17,303 nt of DNA from Candidatus Jordarchaeia archaeon (GCA_029856435.1 JAHQXB010000047.1:1-17303), one strand, 5' to 3'; counted from the stretch's first letter, positions 1 through 10,057 are shown. Numbers and translations: made by a program. The notes: a model not told the origin generated them from the sequence alone.

Positions 1-2
1 TA

Positions 3-1004
3 ATCCCAGGCCAGTTCCAACACACCGTCATCTACTGTGGCCAAGTCCAACCAGGAGAACAAATCTGGGACCGCACCCACAAACAGTGGATGCCCGTCGG
101 CACCCACTACGTCATCCACTCAACCAAGAGCAGTGAGCAGGGCAACGGCCTAGGATATGACACATGGGAAGTAGCAGTCAACGCCCATGCCGACGATGCC
201 CTCGTTTTGAGGGTTCTCAAACCTGGAGGTGTACCCCTCACAGCATCTGAACGACAGGCCATTGTGAACTTTTTGAAGTCCCAACTCACAGGTGGCACCG
301 ATGGCTACCCCGTTGGCCCGCCCTACGATTGGGGTTGGCTCTACCAACAGGAACTGGCCAGCGAATCTAACCCACTCTCTGGAGTCTCTGGCTACTACTG
401 CTCAGAAGCAGCGTGGGGTGCATACAAACACGTTCTGGGCATCGACTTAGATAGTGAAACCTCTCCATTCGACGTGGGAGTGTCACCTGACGACCTCCTC
501 CACTCACAGTATACATCTGTCATCGCCGGTGAAGTTGGTTCAGCAACCTGGTCAGCGGCAGGTGGAGTATACAAGTTAACCGTATTTGTGGATGAAATCT
601 ACTACGACAATGACTATGACCCGTGGCCAAAGGGGGCAGGTGAAGAATACATAAAATCATTCAGCGGCGACGGAGTTTACCCCACTGAGGAGGGCTACCC
701 TGGTAGCGGAAAGATAGGTCTCTGTCCCGAAGGATGGTGGTCACGAGACGGAGCTGGTCCACTTGACTGGAACAAGTACTTCTACGCGCTTATCAGCTAC
801 GACCGAGACGCTAAGGTTCGCATCGAAGCATGGGAGTACGACGACATTGATGGGGATGACCAATACCCGACCTGGCAGTGGTACTGGTCACCGTCCCAAT
901 GGCACCAATACATTAATCAAGGATGGTACTGGGGAGGCTACCGCGTTGACCTCGGTGACTGCCGCTACACAGTCTACTTCCGCATAGACTCAGTCTCATG
1001 GTAA
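3..1004 (+). CDS. 5'-partial permuted papain-like NlpC/P60 (YiiX/YebB/YaeF-type) cysteine hydrolase with an acidic, aromatic-rich, C2-like C-terminal domain
   Basis: The frame of ORF 90..1004 stays open to the left edge and adds IPGQFQHTVIYCGQ. His motif HTVIYCG (codon 21-23) comes before GPPYD and YYCSEAAWGAY (Cys codon 399-401), followed by GIDL...VSPDDL..S. His-before-Cys is the permuted NlpC/P60 arrangement. The ATG at 90 is probably internal. Confidence 0.7.
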   Translation: MPGQFQHTVIYCGQVQPGEQIWDRTHKQWMPVGTHYVIHSTKSSEQGNGLGYDTWEVAVNAHADDALVLRVLKPGGVPLTASERQAIVNFLKSQLTGGTDGYPVGPPYDWGWLYQQELASESNPLSGVSGYYCSEAAWGAYKHVLGIDLDSETSPFDVGVSPDDLLHSQYTSVIAGEVGSATWSAAGGVYKLTVFVDEIYYDNDYDPWPKGAGEEYIKSFSGDGVYPTEEGYPGSGKIGLCPEGWWSRDGAGPLDWNKYFYALISYDRDAKVRIEAWEYDDIDGDDQYPTWQWYWSPSQWHQYINQGWYWGGYRVDLGDCRYTVYFRIDSVSW

Positions 1005-1042
1005 AGGGTGGGAAAATAATACCATCTCTCCACCATTCTTTA

Positions 1043-1049
1043 TTTTTTT
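1043..1049 (+). terminator. Oligo-T archaeal-type terminator candidate
   Basis: T7 run about 40 nt after the stop at 1004, preceded by a pyrimidine-rich tract. Confidence 0.4.
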
Positions 1050-1369
1050 GTTATGGAAACATTTTCACGGTTTTTGGAAGGCTGGATGTGAAAGGTTTCT
1101 TTTGCAATTCATGTTTTGGGAGGGTGTCTGGCTGATAGCTTCTGGCTTGATATATAAAATGTAAAAAAATTGATTGCATGACAGGGCCTTTAGGCTCTAT
1201 GCACTCCCTTGGTGAAGTTCTGGTGTGGTGCCATTATTTTTTGTGGGGAAGCCAGTTGTCCAGTCTCCTTTTTTTGAAGGCTTATTTTCGGGAAATAAAC
1301 TATAGACTTTCCAATTAATTTTTTCCTTTTCGTTTTCAGGGAACATGGTTTTTTCCGCCTTTTTTGGTG

Positions 1370-1385
1370 AAAGAAGCCTTAAATA
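1370..1385 (+). promoter_or_regulatory. BRE/TATA-like promoter with no annotated gene downstream
   Basis: AAAGAAGCCTTAAATA, identical over 16 nt to the promoter-position sequence upstream of the acyl-CoA ligase (minus strand, 12380-12395). Confidence 0.45.
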
Positions 1386-1529
1386 ACCCCGGTTAAGGAT
1401 AGGTTTAGGAAAAAATTAATGAGAAACTCTATAGAAAAGCCCCTTTTCCAAGAACTTTTAAAGCATAAATTTCTCCCCCAAAAACACTAAAAATTCAGTT
1501 TGCGGAATATAACGCCGGCCATTTATTTT

Positions 1530-1545
1530 GAAAAGATTTATATTA
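1530..1545 (+). promoter_or_regulatory. BRE/TATA-like promoter candidate
   Basis: GAAAAG ATTTATATTA: purine-rich BRE directly before TTTATA (1537-1542). Confidence 0.4.
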
Positions 1546-1636
1546 TACGGGGAAGAATATTCTGAATGTTGACAATAGTATATTTTTGGCTGGGGCATTG
1601 TGGTGTATTGGAATAAGTAGGACTAGGGGGTCACGT

Positions 1637-1658
1637 GGGAGAGATTAAATTCTCTCCC
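1637..1658. terminator. Perfect 8-bp hairpin, terminator-like or 3'-stabilising
   Basis: GGGAGAGA-TTAAAT-TCTCTCCC, 18 nt beyond the crotonase stop; followed on the plus strand by CCTCCTTTTC. Confidence 0.5.
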
Positions 1659-1676
1659 CCTCCTTTTCTAGACGTT

Positions 1677-2480
1677 TTATTTTTTCTCTAGGTATTCCCT
1701 TAGCCATGCTTTAAGATTTATTTTGTTGAGTATTTCCCATACGTGTCTATTTTCTATGTCGAATACTTTTCGGGGGGAGGTTTCCCTTGATGCTTCGTAT
1801 AGTACTGATTTGATGGCTTTGGCTGCGAATGGGGGTAGGTTTTGGTTTATTTGGTCTGCGAGGTTTAACGCTTCCTCTAGAACTTTGTCATCTGGAACTA
1901 CGCTTTTTACCAGATTGTATTGGAGTGCTTCCCTGGCTGTTATGTTTCTGCCGGTTAAAAGGAGGTCTAGTCCTGGCCCCCTGCTCACCGTCCTCAAAAA
2001 CAGGTTTGTGACACCCCAAAGTAGGGGGAAGCCCAATCGGCTTTCAGGCAAACCAAAAGTGGCGTTTTCTCCCGCTATTCTGAAATCACATACAATGGCT
2101 AGTGCTAAGCCACCGCCCAAGGCAAAACCCTTTACAGCGGCGATGGTGGGTTTAGGATACCTCTCCATCCTCTGGAAAAAGTTGTAACCTATCTCCATGA
2201 GTTCCAGCATTTCCTCAGGTGAAGCTTTTCCAACCGCTTTAAGATCCATTCCGGCGCTGAAAACTCTATCACTTCCAGTTAATATAATTGCTCTTACCTC
2301 GCTCATACCTTCAAGGATGTCCAGTGCCCTGCTTATATCATTGTAAAGGTCGATGAAGAGGGCGTTCACTGGGGGCTTGTTGAGGGTTAGTATTGCGGTC
2401 TGATTCTTAAAAGAAGTTTTTACCAGTTTTATGTCCTTCAGAGACTCGTAACTCAATTTCTCATGCTCCTTCTCACACAA
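1677..2480 (-). CDS. Enoyl-CoA hydratase/isomerase (crotonase) family protein
   Basis: LNKPPVNAL, FSAGMDL (oxyanion-hole segment), KPTIAAVKGFALGGG, CDFRIA, FGLPESRLG. The true start may be the TTG at 2456, which has AAGGAG 9 nt upstream. Confidence 0.92.
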   Translation of the reverse strand: MCEKEHEKLSYESLKDIKLVKTSFKNQTAILTLNKPPVNALFIDLYNDISRALDILEGMSEVRAIILTGSDRVFSAGMDLKAVGKASPEEMLELMEIGYNFFQRMERYPKPTIAAVKGFALGGGLALAIVCDFRIAGENATFGLPESRLGFPLLWGVTNLFLRTVSRGPGLDLLLTGRNITAREALQYNLVKSVVPDDKVLEEALNLADQINQNLPPFAAKAIKSVLYEASRETSPRKVFDIENRHVWEILNKINLKAWLREYLEKK

Positions 2481-2569
2481 TGCAAGAAATATTTTTTACT
2501 GATTCTATCTGTTTCGGAGTTAAAAAAACTTATTAACAGAGGGAAGATACCTTCAAGAGGACACCACTT

Positions 2570-3067
2570 TTATTTTTCAACATTAATCCTATCCGCTATC
2601 CCCTTTAAGGCTTCATATGCCGCTTCTCTGACGTTGAGATTTTTGTCCCTCATAGCCTCTCTTAGTGGTTCTATGGCCCTATGATCCCCGATTAATCCTA
2701 GAGCTGTTGCCGTTAATAATCGCACGTGACTGTTTTCGTCCTTCAGGTTTTTAATTAGGGGATCCACCGCTCTCCTATCTCTAATTTCTCCCAGAGCCCA
2801 CGCCGCTCCGCCTCTGACATAGGGATCACTGTCATGGAGCGCTTGAATAAGCGGATCTACCGCAGTATTGTCTTTTAGTGCTCCCAGAGCTAACGCTGAT
2901 CTTAATCGTACATAGCTATCCTCATCGTGAAGTGCTTGAATTAGAGTTTTCACCGCCTTCCTGTCACCCAGCTTTCCCAGCGCCTCTGCCGCATTTGCCC
3001 GCACCTCTGCCTCTTTGCTGCCTTTCAGGGCCTTTATTAAACCCTTAATATCCTTTTTTGCACCCAT
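2570..3067 (-). CDS. PBS-lyase-type HEAT-repeat protein
   Basis: Four full 31-aa repeats plus a partial fifth, consensus VR..AA.ALG.(I/L).D..AV..LI..L.D....; no other domain. Confidence 0.92.
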   Translation of the reverse strand: MGAKKDIKGLIKALKGSKEAEVRANAAEALGKLGDRKAVKTLIQALHDEDSYVRLRSALALGALKDNTAVDPLIQALHDSDPYVRGGAAWALGEIRDRRAVDPLIKNLKDENSHVRLLTATALGLIGDHRAIEPLREAMRDKNLNVREAAYEALKGIADRINVEK

Positions 3068-3306
3068 TAATTTGATCCCTCACATCCTTTTTATAGCTTA
3101 AAGGGGCCATTTTAGTCTTCGTATCCCCTTTTTGGGCAATGTGATTTGTTGGGTCGTTAGCGTTGTATTTCCCAAGAAAGTGATGAATATCGAAGGGATT
3201 ATCATAGCTGTCTCTCTTTTTGAGACAAGCCGGTGTATTCTACATCAATTCACTTTTGTAAGGAAATTAATTCATTAGTTTTCTGGTGTTTTTTATTTCT
3301 GGATTT

Positions 3307-3368
3307 TTCAATTAATAGTTTTTGATTCAAATCCTAATATTTATTTGTTTCAACTCTTACTGTTTGAA
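3307..3368. promoter_or_regulatory. uvrB promoter region with two TCAA-N10-TTGA inverted repeats around an AT-rich TATA candidate
   Basis: TTCAA-ttaatagttt-TTGA (3307-3325) and TTCAA-ctcttactgt-TTGAA (3349-3368) flank AATATTTATT (3336-3345). SD-like GGAAGGAG at 3377-3384. Confidence 0.4.
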
Positions 3369-3394
3369 TTGACTTTGGAAGGAGCTTTAGGAAG

Positions 3395-5350
3395 ATGCCC
3401 AAATTCAAGCTAGTGTCAGAGTACACTCCGCGAGGAGATCAGCCTGAGGCTATAAGTAAGTTGGTGGAAGGCTTAGAGAATAATTTGCGTCACCAAACTC
3501 TGCTGGGCGTCACCGGCTCTGGAAAAACTTTCACCATGGCAAACGTCATAGAGCAGGTGCAGAAGCCTACACTGGTCATATCGCATAATAAAACGTTGGC
3601 GGCTCAATTGTATAGTGAGTTTAAGGAATTCTTTCCGGAAAATGCTGTGGAGTATTTTGTCAGCTATTATGATTATTATCAGCCTGAAGCCTATGTTCCA
3701 CAATTAGACCTCTACATAGCTAAGGAAACCTCCATCAACGAGGAAATAGACAGGATGCGCAACGCAGCCACTAGGGCCTTGGTTGAACGCAGGGACACAA
3801 TAGTGGTGGCCAGTGTTTCCTGCATTTACAGTTTGGGCTCACCCGACTATTATAGAAGTATGGGGTTCTTCCTAGAAACTGGACAAACAAAGAGTAGGGA
3901 GGAAATCCTCAGAGAATTAGTTGACATACAGTACGAGCGCAATGATTTAAACCTGGAGAGGGGAAAATTCAGGGTTCGGGGGGACGTTATTGAGATTTAT
4001 CCCTCCTATGAGGAAACCCTAATCAGAGTGGAGCTTTTCGGAAACCGCATAGAGAGAATCAGGGAACTCGACCCTGTGACCCGCAAAACCAAGACGGAGA
4101 AAAGCAGAGTTTACATCCTGCCAGCCAAACACTACGTCATACCCAGCGTGAACCTATCAAAGGCCATAGAAAGCATCGAGGAGGAACTAAAAGAGAGGCT
4201 AAAAGAGCTAAGGTCAAAGAATAAGCTTCTTGAGGCTCAGAGGCTGGAGCAGAGAACCCGGTTCGACTTGGAAATGCTCCAAGAAATGGGCTACTGTCCA
4301 GGTATAGAGAATTATTCAAGGCACCTGGACGGCAGAAAACCCGGCGAGAGACCGTTTACACTCATTGACTATTTTCCCAAAGATTACTTGCTTTTCATTG
4401 ACGAGTCTCACGTAACCATACCCCAAATTAGAGGAATGTATGAGGGAGACAGATCCCGAAAAGAAGCACTGGTGGAGTATGGATTCCGACTTCCCTCAGC
4501 CTTCGATAACAGGCCCCTCAAATTTGAAGAGTTTGAAAGCCTGGTAAACCAAGCCATATATGTTTCAGCCACCCCGGGCCCCTACGAGTTGGGGAAAAAC
4601 GAGCAACTGGTGGAACAAATCATTCGCCCCACAGGCCTCATGGATCCCACCGTGGAGGTTCGACCAGTAGAGGGACAAATTGACGATCTTCTGGGCGAAA
4701 TTAGAAAACGGGTGGAGCGCAATGAGAGGGTTCTGGTTACCACTCTAACCAAGAGGATGGCTGAAGACCTAACTGAGTATTATGAGAATTTAGGCGTCAG
4801 AGTAAGATACTTACACTCAGAAATTGAAACGCTTGACCGAGTGGACATAGTGAGGGATTTGCGCCTAGGAAAATTCGATGTCCTCATAGGCATAAACCTT
4901 TTGAGGGAGGGGTTAGATCTTCCCGAAGTTTCTCTGGTAGCCATATTGGACGCGGATAAGGAGGGCTTCCTCAGATCGGAACAGGCGCTAATTCAAACAA
5001 TTGGTAGAGCCGCAAGGAACGTTAACGGCACTGTAATAATGTATGCGGATACCGTAACCGAAGCAATGAGAAGAGCCATAGATGAGACCAATCGCAGACG
5101 AAGCAAACAGATGAAGTATAACGAGGAGCATGGAATAACCCCCCAAACTATAGTGAAAGCCATAAGGGACATGACGGGAAGAAGACATGAAGAAATAGAA
5201 GTTGAAAAAATATCTAGAGAAGAGTTACCACTTGTGATAAAGGATTTAGAGAGGGAGATGAGAGCCGCAGCGGCCGCCCTAGAGTTTGAGAGAGCCGCGG
5301 CCATCCGCGACAAACTATTCCAACTCAAATCCGCGCTGGAGGGGAGTTAG
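3395..5350 (+). CDS. uvrB: Excinuclease ABC subunit B
   Basis: Walker A GVTGSGKT, beta-hairpin [44 protein letters not shown], and C-terminal UVR motif FERAAAIRD. Confidence 0.99.
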   Translation: MPKFKLVSEYTPRGDQPEAISKLVEGLENNLRHQTLLGVTGSGKTFTMANVIEQVQKPTLVISHNKTLAAQLYSEFKEFFPENAVEYFVSYYDYYQPEAYVPQLDLYIAKETSINEEIDRMRNAATRALVERRDTIVVASVSCIYSLGSPDYYRSMGFFLETGQTKSREEILRELVDIQYERNDLNLERGKFRVRGDVIEIYPSYEETLIRVELFGNRIERIRELDPVTRKTKTEKSRVYILPAKHYVIPSVNLSKAIESIEEELKERLKELRSKNKLLEAQRLEQRTRFDLEMLQEMGYCPGIENYSRHLDGRKPGERPFTLIDYFPKDYLLFIDESHVTIPQIRGMYEGDRSRKEALVEYGFRLPSAFDNRPLKFEEFESLVNQAIYVSATPGPYELGKNEQLVEQIIRPTGLMDPTVEVRPVEGQIDDLLGEIRKRVERNERVLVTTLTKRMAEDLTEYYENLGVRVRYLHSEIETLDRVDIVRDLRLGKFDVLIGINLLREGLDLPEVSLVAILDADKEGFLRSEQALIQTIGRAARNVNGTVIMYADTVTEAMRRAIDETNRRRSKQMKYNEEHGITPQTIVKAIRDMTGRRHEEIEVEKISREELPLVIKDLEREMRAAAAALEFERAAAIRDKLFQLKSALEGS

Positions 5351-5353
5351 AAC

Positions 5354-8194
5354 ATGGCTAAAGACAAAATAATTGTTAAAGGAGCGTCGGAACACAACCT
5401 CAAAAATATAGATGTAGAAATCCCCCGAGACAAACTAGTGGTGATAACTGGACTCAGTGGTTCGGGAAAATCTTCATTGGCATTCGACACGGTATATGCG
5501 GAGGGGCAAAGAAGATACATTGAATCTCTATCCTCCTACGCCCGCCAATTCTTGGAAATGATGGAGAAACCCAGCGTGGAATACATAGAGGGACTGTCTC
5601 CCGCAATATCCATAGAGCAAAAACCCCCCAGTAGAAACCCCAGATCCACAGTGGGAACAATAACCGAAATCTACGATTATCTCAGGCTACTCTACGCCAG
5701 AGTGGGAATCCCTCACTGCTGGAAATGTGGAAAAGAAATCACACAACTCACCACTGAGCAAATAGTGGATCGAATAATGAGCCTCCCAGAAGGAACCAGA
5801 ATACAAGTATTGGCACCCATAGTCAAGGGAAGAAAAGGAGAGTATCGTAAAGTTCTGGAAAACCTCAAAAACGAAGGCTTCGCCCGCGTCAGAATTGACG
5901 GAGAAATAAGAGATCTTGAGGAAGAAATCATCCTCGATAAAAACAAGAAACACAACATAGACCTAGTAGTGGACCGACTGGTCATAGAGCCAAACATCCA
6001 AAAAACACTCAGTGACTCCGTTGAAACCTGCCTCAAATTCGGAGACGTAGTAAAGATTCTAATAAATGAGGAGAAGGAAAACGTTTACAGCAGACGCTTA
6101 GCCTGCGAGGAGTGCGGGACAGGATTCGAAGAACTCACACCCCAAATGTTCTCATTCAACAATCCTCAGGGAGCATGCACTTACTGCGGCGGCCTGGGAA
6201 CGACTAGAAGAATCGACCCCGACCTAGTAATCCCAAACAAAGAACTATCCCTAGCAGAAGGAGCAATAGCCCCCTGGCACAACCCCATAGGAAGCTGGTA
6301 CCTAAAAAAACTGGAATCAGTGGCGGAACAGTATGGATTCAGCATCTACACACCAATAAAGAACTTAACAAAAGAGCAACTCGACGTAATCCTCTACGGA
6401 ACCCACGAACCAGTCAAAATGGTCTACCAAAACGAGGACAGGGGAGTCTACCTAGAATATGAAGGAAGCTTTGAGGGAGTCATAAATAACTTGGAACGCA
6501 GATACCGCGAAACAAAATCTGAATACATCCAAGAAGAAATGGAAAAATATATGGACATGAGCCCCTGCCCCCACTGCAAAGGAGACAGACTAAAACCCCA
6601 AAGCCTAGCAGTAACCGTAGGAGGTCTCAACATCGCCCAAGTCACAAAAATGTCTGTGGAACAAGCCCAAAAATTCTTTGACCAACTGCAGCTCGGAGAG
6701 AGGGAAAAAGTAATAGCGGAAAAAGTACTCAAAGAAATAAAGTCGAGACTAAAATTCCTAAAAAACGTGGGACTAGAATACATCACAATGGACAGAGCCG
6801 CGGGAACCCTAAGCGGAGGAGAAGCCCAAAGAATAAGACTCGCAACCCAAATAGGAAGCAGCCTCGTCGGAGTAATATACATACTAGACGAACCCTCAAT
6901 TGGGCTCCACTACAGGGATAAGAAAAGACTAATTGAAACCCTAAAAGAACTAAGAGATTTGGGAAACACCATCATTGTGGTGGAACACGACGAAGACACC
7001 ATAAGATCCGCAGACTACATCATAGACTTGGGCCCAGGTGCTGGAAGAAATGGGGGCTGGGTTGTAGCCGCTGGAACCCCCGAAGAAATAATGGCCAACA
7101 AGAACTCTTTAACCGGAAAATACCTCGCCGGAGACATAAAAATACCAGTCCCACCCAAGAGACGCAAAGGCAACGGCAAATACCTGATTCTCAGAGGAGC
7201 CCAACAGAACAATCTTAAGAACATCGACGTAAAATTCCCCCTAGGAATGTTCATCTGCATAACGGGAGTCTCAGGCTCCGGTAAAAGCAGCCTAATCTAC
7301 GAAACCCTCTACAAAGCCCTAGCACAGAAATTTTACCACTCACTGGAAAAGCCTGGAAAATACGATAGAATAGAGGGGCTGGAAAACATAGACAAAGTAA
7401 TCATGATTGACCAGTCACCCATAGGAAGAACGCCACGCTCCAACCCCGCAACCTACACCACAGTCTTCACAGAAATAAGAGAAGTCTTCTCCAAAGTTCC
7501 CGAAGCCAGAATGAGAGGCTATCGACCAGGAAGATTCAGCTTCAACGTTAGAGGTGGAAGATGCGAAGCCTGCCAAGGAAACGGAACCATAAAAATAGAA
7601 ATGCAATTCCTCCCCGACGTATACATCAAATGTGAAAACTGCAAAGGAAAGAGATTCAACAGAGAAACCCTAGAAATAAAGTACAAAGGCAAAAACATAC
7701 ACGAAGTACTAGAAATGACCGTAGACGAAGCACTAGAATTCTTCGAAAACATACCAAAAATCAAGAAAAAACTCCAAACCCTAAAAGACGTGGGACTCGG
7801 CTACATCCAACTAGGACAACCCGCAACCACCCTATCAGGCGGAGAAGCCCAAAGAGTAAAACTCTCCAAAGAACTAAGCAGACACAGCACAGGAAAAACA
7901 CTTTACATACTTGATGAACCCACAACGGGATTGCACTTTGCAGATATTCAGCAGCTTCTGGATGTTTTAAACCGGTTGGTTGATGCGGGTAACACTGTAA
8001 TTGTGATTGAGCATAACTTGGACGTGATTAAGGTGGCGGACTACATCATTGATTTGGGCCCCGAGGGTGGAGACCGTGGGGGTGAGATTGTTTGCGAGGG
8101 AACACCAGAGGAAGTAGTGAAGGTACCCTCATCCTATACGGGTCAAGCTTTGAAGAGGGTTTTGGAGGTGGAGGTTGGTGGAGCAGCGTGTTAG
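5354..8194 (+). CDS. uvrA: Excinuclease ABC subunit A
   Basis: Two ABC ATPase modules (GLSGSGKS and [16 protein letters not shown] twice, ILDEP twice) and CxxC zinc modules (CWKC/CEEC, CTYC/CPHC, CEAC/CENC). Starts 3 nt after the uvrB stop, with GGAGG at 5338-5342. Confidence 0.99.
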   Translation: MAKDKIIVKGASEHNLKNIDVEIPRDKLVVITGLSGSGKSSLAFDTVYAEGQRRYIESLSSYARQFLEMMEKPSVEYIEGLSPAISIEQKPPSRNPRSTVGTITEIYDYLRLLYARVGIPHCWKCGKEITQLTTEQIVDRIMSLPEGTRIQVLAPIVKGRKGEYRKVLENLKNEGFARVRIDGEIRDLEEEIILDKNKKHNIDLVVDRLVIEPNIQKTLSDSVETCLKFGDVVKILINEEKENVYSRRLACEECGTGFEELTPQMFSFNNPQGACTYCGGLGTTRRIDPDLVIPNKELSLAEGAIAPWHNPIGSWYLKKLESVAEQYGFSIYTPIKNLTKEQLDVILYGTHEPVKMVYQNEDRGVYLEYEGSFEGVINNLERRYRETKSEYIQEEMEKYMDMSPCPHCKGDRLKPQSLAVTVGGLNIAQVTKMSVEQAQKFFDQLQLGEREKVIAEKVLKEIKSRLKFLKNVGLEYITMDRAAGTLSGGEAQRIRLATQIGSSLVGVIYILDEPSIGLHYRDKKRLIETLKELRDLGNTIIVVEHDEDTIRSADYIIDLGPGAGRNGGWVVAAGTPEEIMANKNSLTGKYLAGDIKIPVPPKRRKGNGKYLILRGAQQNNLKNIDVKFPLGMFICITGVSGSGKSSLIYETLYKALAQKFYHSLEKPGKYDRIEGLENIDKVIMIDQSPIGRTPRSNPATYTTVFTEIREVFSKVPEARMRGYRPGRFSFNVRGGRCEACQGNGTIKIEMQFLPDVYIKCENCKGKRFNRETLEIKYKGKNIHEVLEMTVDEALEFFENIPKIKKKLQTLKDVGLGYIQLGQPATTLSGGEAQRVKLSKELSRHSTGKTLYILDEPTTGLHFADIQQLLDVLNRLVDAGNTVIVIEHNLDVIKVADYIIDLGPEGGDRGGEIVCEGTPEEVVKVPSSYTGQALKRVLEVEVGGAAC

Positions 8195-9992
8195 GGAAGC
8201 TCCTGAGGAGCCCGGAGTTTATATTATGAGAGATGCTGATGGGAGGGTTATCTATGTGGGTAAGGCTCGTAACCTCAGGAGCCGTGTCAGAAGCTATTTT
8301 GGGGCTTCGAGGAAAACTGATGCTAAGGATGCCTTGGTGAACAATGTTGCCAGTTTAGAGTACATTGTTACTGGTGATGAGACTGAGGCTATGATTTTGG
8401 AGTGTGACTTGATTAAGAAGTATCAGCCTAGGTATAATGTGGCTTGGAAGGATTCCAAAAAGTTTCCCTATATTAAGGTAACTGTGAATGAGGAGATTCC
8501 CAGGGTTTTGACTACCCGTGAACTTGCGGATGACGGTGCAAAGTACTTTGGCCCCTATACTCGTTTTAAGAAGGTTAAGGAGAATTTGAAGTATATTCGG
8601 CGCCTGTTTGGCATTTGTGGTTCTGAGAGTGCTGTGCAGATGGGTAGAATGAGGCGGCCGTGTCTTGAGTACCACATTAATAATTGTTTAGCTCCATGCG
8701 TGGGAAAGATTAGCCGAGAGGAGTATTTGAATCGCGTGGAGCAGCTTCTCCTTTTCCTAGCGGGTGAAAGGGAGGAGTTGGTGGAGCAACTTTACCTGGA
8801 GATGGAGAAGGCTTCCCAGGAATTGAGGTTTGAAGATGCTGCCAAAATTAGGGATCGCATTGCAGGTGTGGAGAAGGCCATTGGTCGCCAAAAGATTTTG
8901 TCCACCAAGTCTAGGGATACCGACATTATAGCTCTGGAAAAGTTGGGTAGGAAGGTTTGTATTGAGCTTCTCTTTCTGCAGAGCGGGAGGATTGTAGACA
9001 AGAAAGACTTTGTGAGGGAGGAGAAGGGAGATGCTGCAGACGAGGAGTTGCTTGGGGGATTCGTGAAACAGTTTTATATTGATGCTGAGGTTCTTCCGGA
9101 AAAAATAGTTGTTGAGAGGGATTTTGAGGATAGGATGCTTGTTGAGAGGTGGTTAGAGAAGAGGAAGGGAGAAAAAGTCGAGATTCGCACCCCGATTACA
9201 GGGGAGGAGTGGGAACGTTTAAATTACGCTAAGAGGATTGCTGTGATGGTTCTTAATGAGAGGATGAGGAAGAGTGAGCGTGAGAGAGAGTCGACTCTGG
9301 AGGCTGTGAGGGATCTGCAAAAATTGTTGAACTTGCCTGAGCCTCCTGTTAGAATAGAAGCTTTTGACGTCTCCAATATTTTGGGGGAGGATGCTGTGGG
9401 CTCTCTCATTGTTTTTGAGGACGGAAGGCCAAAAAAGGAAGATTATCGAAGATTTAGGATTAAAACAGTTAAGGGTCCTGACGATCCCCAAATGATGGGG
9501 GAAATAGTCTACAGGAGATATAGGGGAGTAAGGGAGAGGGGTGAGACTCTGCCCAACCTTATTCTTGTTGATGGAGGAGCAGGGCAGCTTAATGCTGCGC
9601 TGAAGAGCCTTGAGGGGCTCGGTTTAAATGTTCCAGTTGTGGGGTTAGCTAAGAGGTTTGAGAACCTGTATGTGCCGGGAATGGTTGAGCCCATTAGTTT
9701 GCCTTCTGATTCAAAGATGCTGTTTCTTCTTCAGAGGGTGAGGGATGAGGCCCACAGGTTTGCTCTCAGTTATCATAAGAAGCTCCGGGAGAAGAAACTT
9801 AAAGAATCTTTGCTGGAATCTATTCCAGGTGTGGGGAAGAGGAGGAGGGATGCGCTTTTGAAACATTTTGGTTCTCTGGAAAACTTGAGAAAGGCCACAG
9901 TTGAGGATATAATGAGGGTGCCAAACATAAGTGAAGATTTGGCTAAAAGAATACATGAATACTTGAGGGAAAACAAAGAAATGGAGGAATAG
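8175..9992 (+). CDS. uvrC: Excinuclease ABC subunit C
   Basis: GIY-YIG domain (PGVY...IYVGKA..LR.RV.SYF), four-Cys cluster, UVR motif FEDAAKIRD, RNase H-like RIEAFDVSN and LILVDGG.GQL, HhH IPGVG. Overlaps uvrA by 20 nt; start is TTG 8175 or GTG 8178. Confidence 0.99.
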   Translation: MVEQRVREAPEEPGVYIMRDADGRVIYVGKARNLRSRVRSYFGASRKTDAKDALVNNVASLEYIVTGDETEAMILECDLIKKYQPRYNVAWKDSKKFPYIKVTVNEEIPRVLTTRELADDGAKYFGPYTRFKKVKENLKYIRRLFGICGSESAVQMGRMRRPCLEYHINNCLAPCVGKISREEYLNRVEQLLLFLAGEREELVEQLYLEMEKASQELRFEDAAKIRDRIAGVEKAIGRQKILSTKSRDTDIIALEKLGRKVCIELLFLQSGRIVDKKDFVREEKGDAADEELLGGFVKQFYIDAEVLPEKIVVERDFEDRMLVERWLEKRKGEKVEIRTPITGEEWERLNYAKRIAVMVLNERMRKSERERESTLEAVRDLQKLLNLPEPPVRIEAFDVSNILGEDAVGSLIVFEDGRPKKEDYRRFRIKTVKGPDDPQMMGEIVYRRYRGVRERGETLPNLILVDGGAGQLNAALKSLEGLGLNVPVVGLAKRFENLYVPGMVEPISLPSDSKMLFLLQRVRDEAHRFALSYHKKLREKKLKESLLESIPGVGKRRRDALLKHFGSLENLRKATVEDIMRVPNISEDLAKRIHEYLRENKEMEE

Positions 9993-10057
9993 CCCCCATT
10001 TCTGGGCGGTTTTCCCTATCTGCCCTCTGGTTGAATACTTGAATTACTATTTTTCTG

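Noticed and set aside
90-92. ATG at 90 as the start of the first gene
   Set aside because: The frame is open to the window edge and the putative catalytic His lies upstream of it.
1005-1676. CRISPR array, tRNA or rRNA in the long intergenic region
   Set aside because: No regularly spaced direct repeats and no cloverleaf or rRNA-like sequence found by eye.
2570-3067. HEAT-repeat protein as an AlkC/AlkD-type glycosylase, suggested by its position next to uvrB
   Set aside because: The repeats are highly regular 31-aa PBS-lyase-type units with no room for the AlkD catalytic features, and the protein is short.
3209-3227. Small hairpin TGTCTC-N7-GAGACA in the HEAT/uvrB intergenic region
   Set aside because: A single 6-bp stem with no second copy or positional logic; compatible with chance.
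5260-5305. Repeated GAGAGCCGC and GC-rich run at the end of uvrB
   Set aside because: Explained by the Ala-rich UVR motif ([16 protein letters not shown]).
7890-7940. A classical replication origin at the skew flip
   Set aside because: The site is inside a conserved coding domain, with no AT-rich unwinding element, ORB-like repeats or nearby orc1/cdc6. Other flips occur within a few kb.
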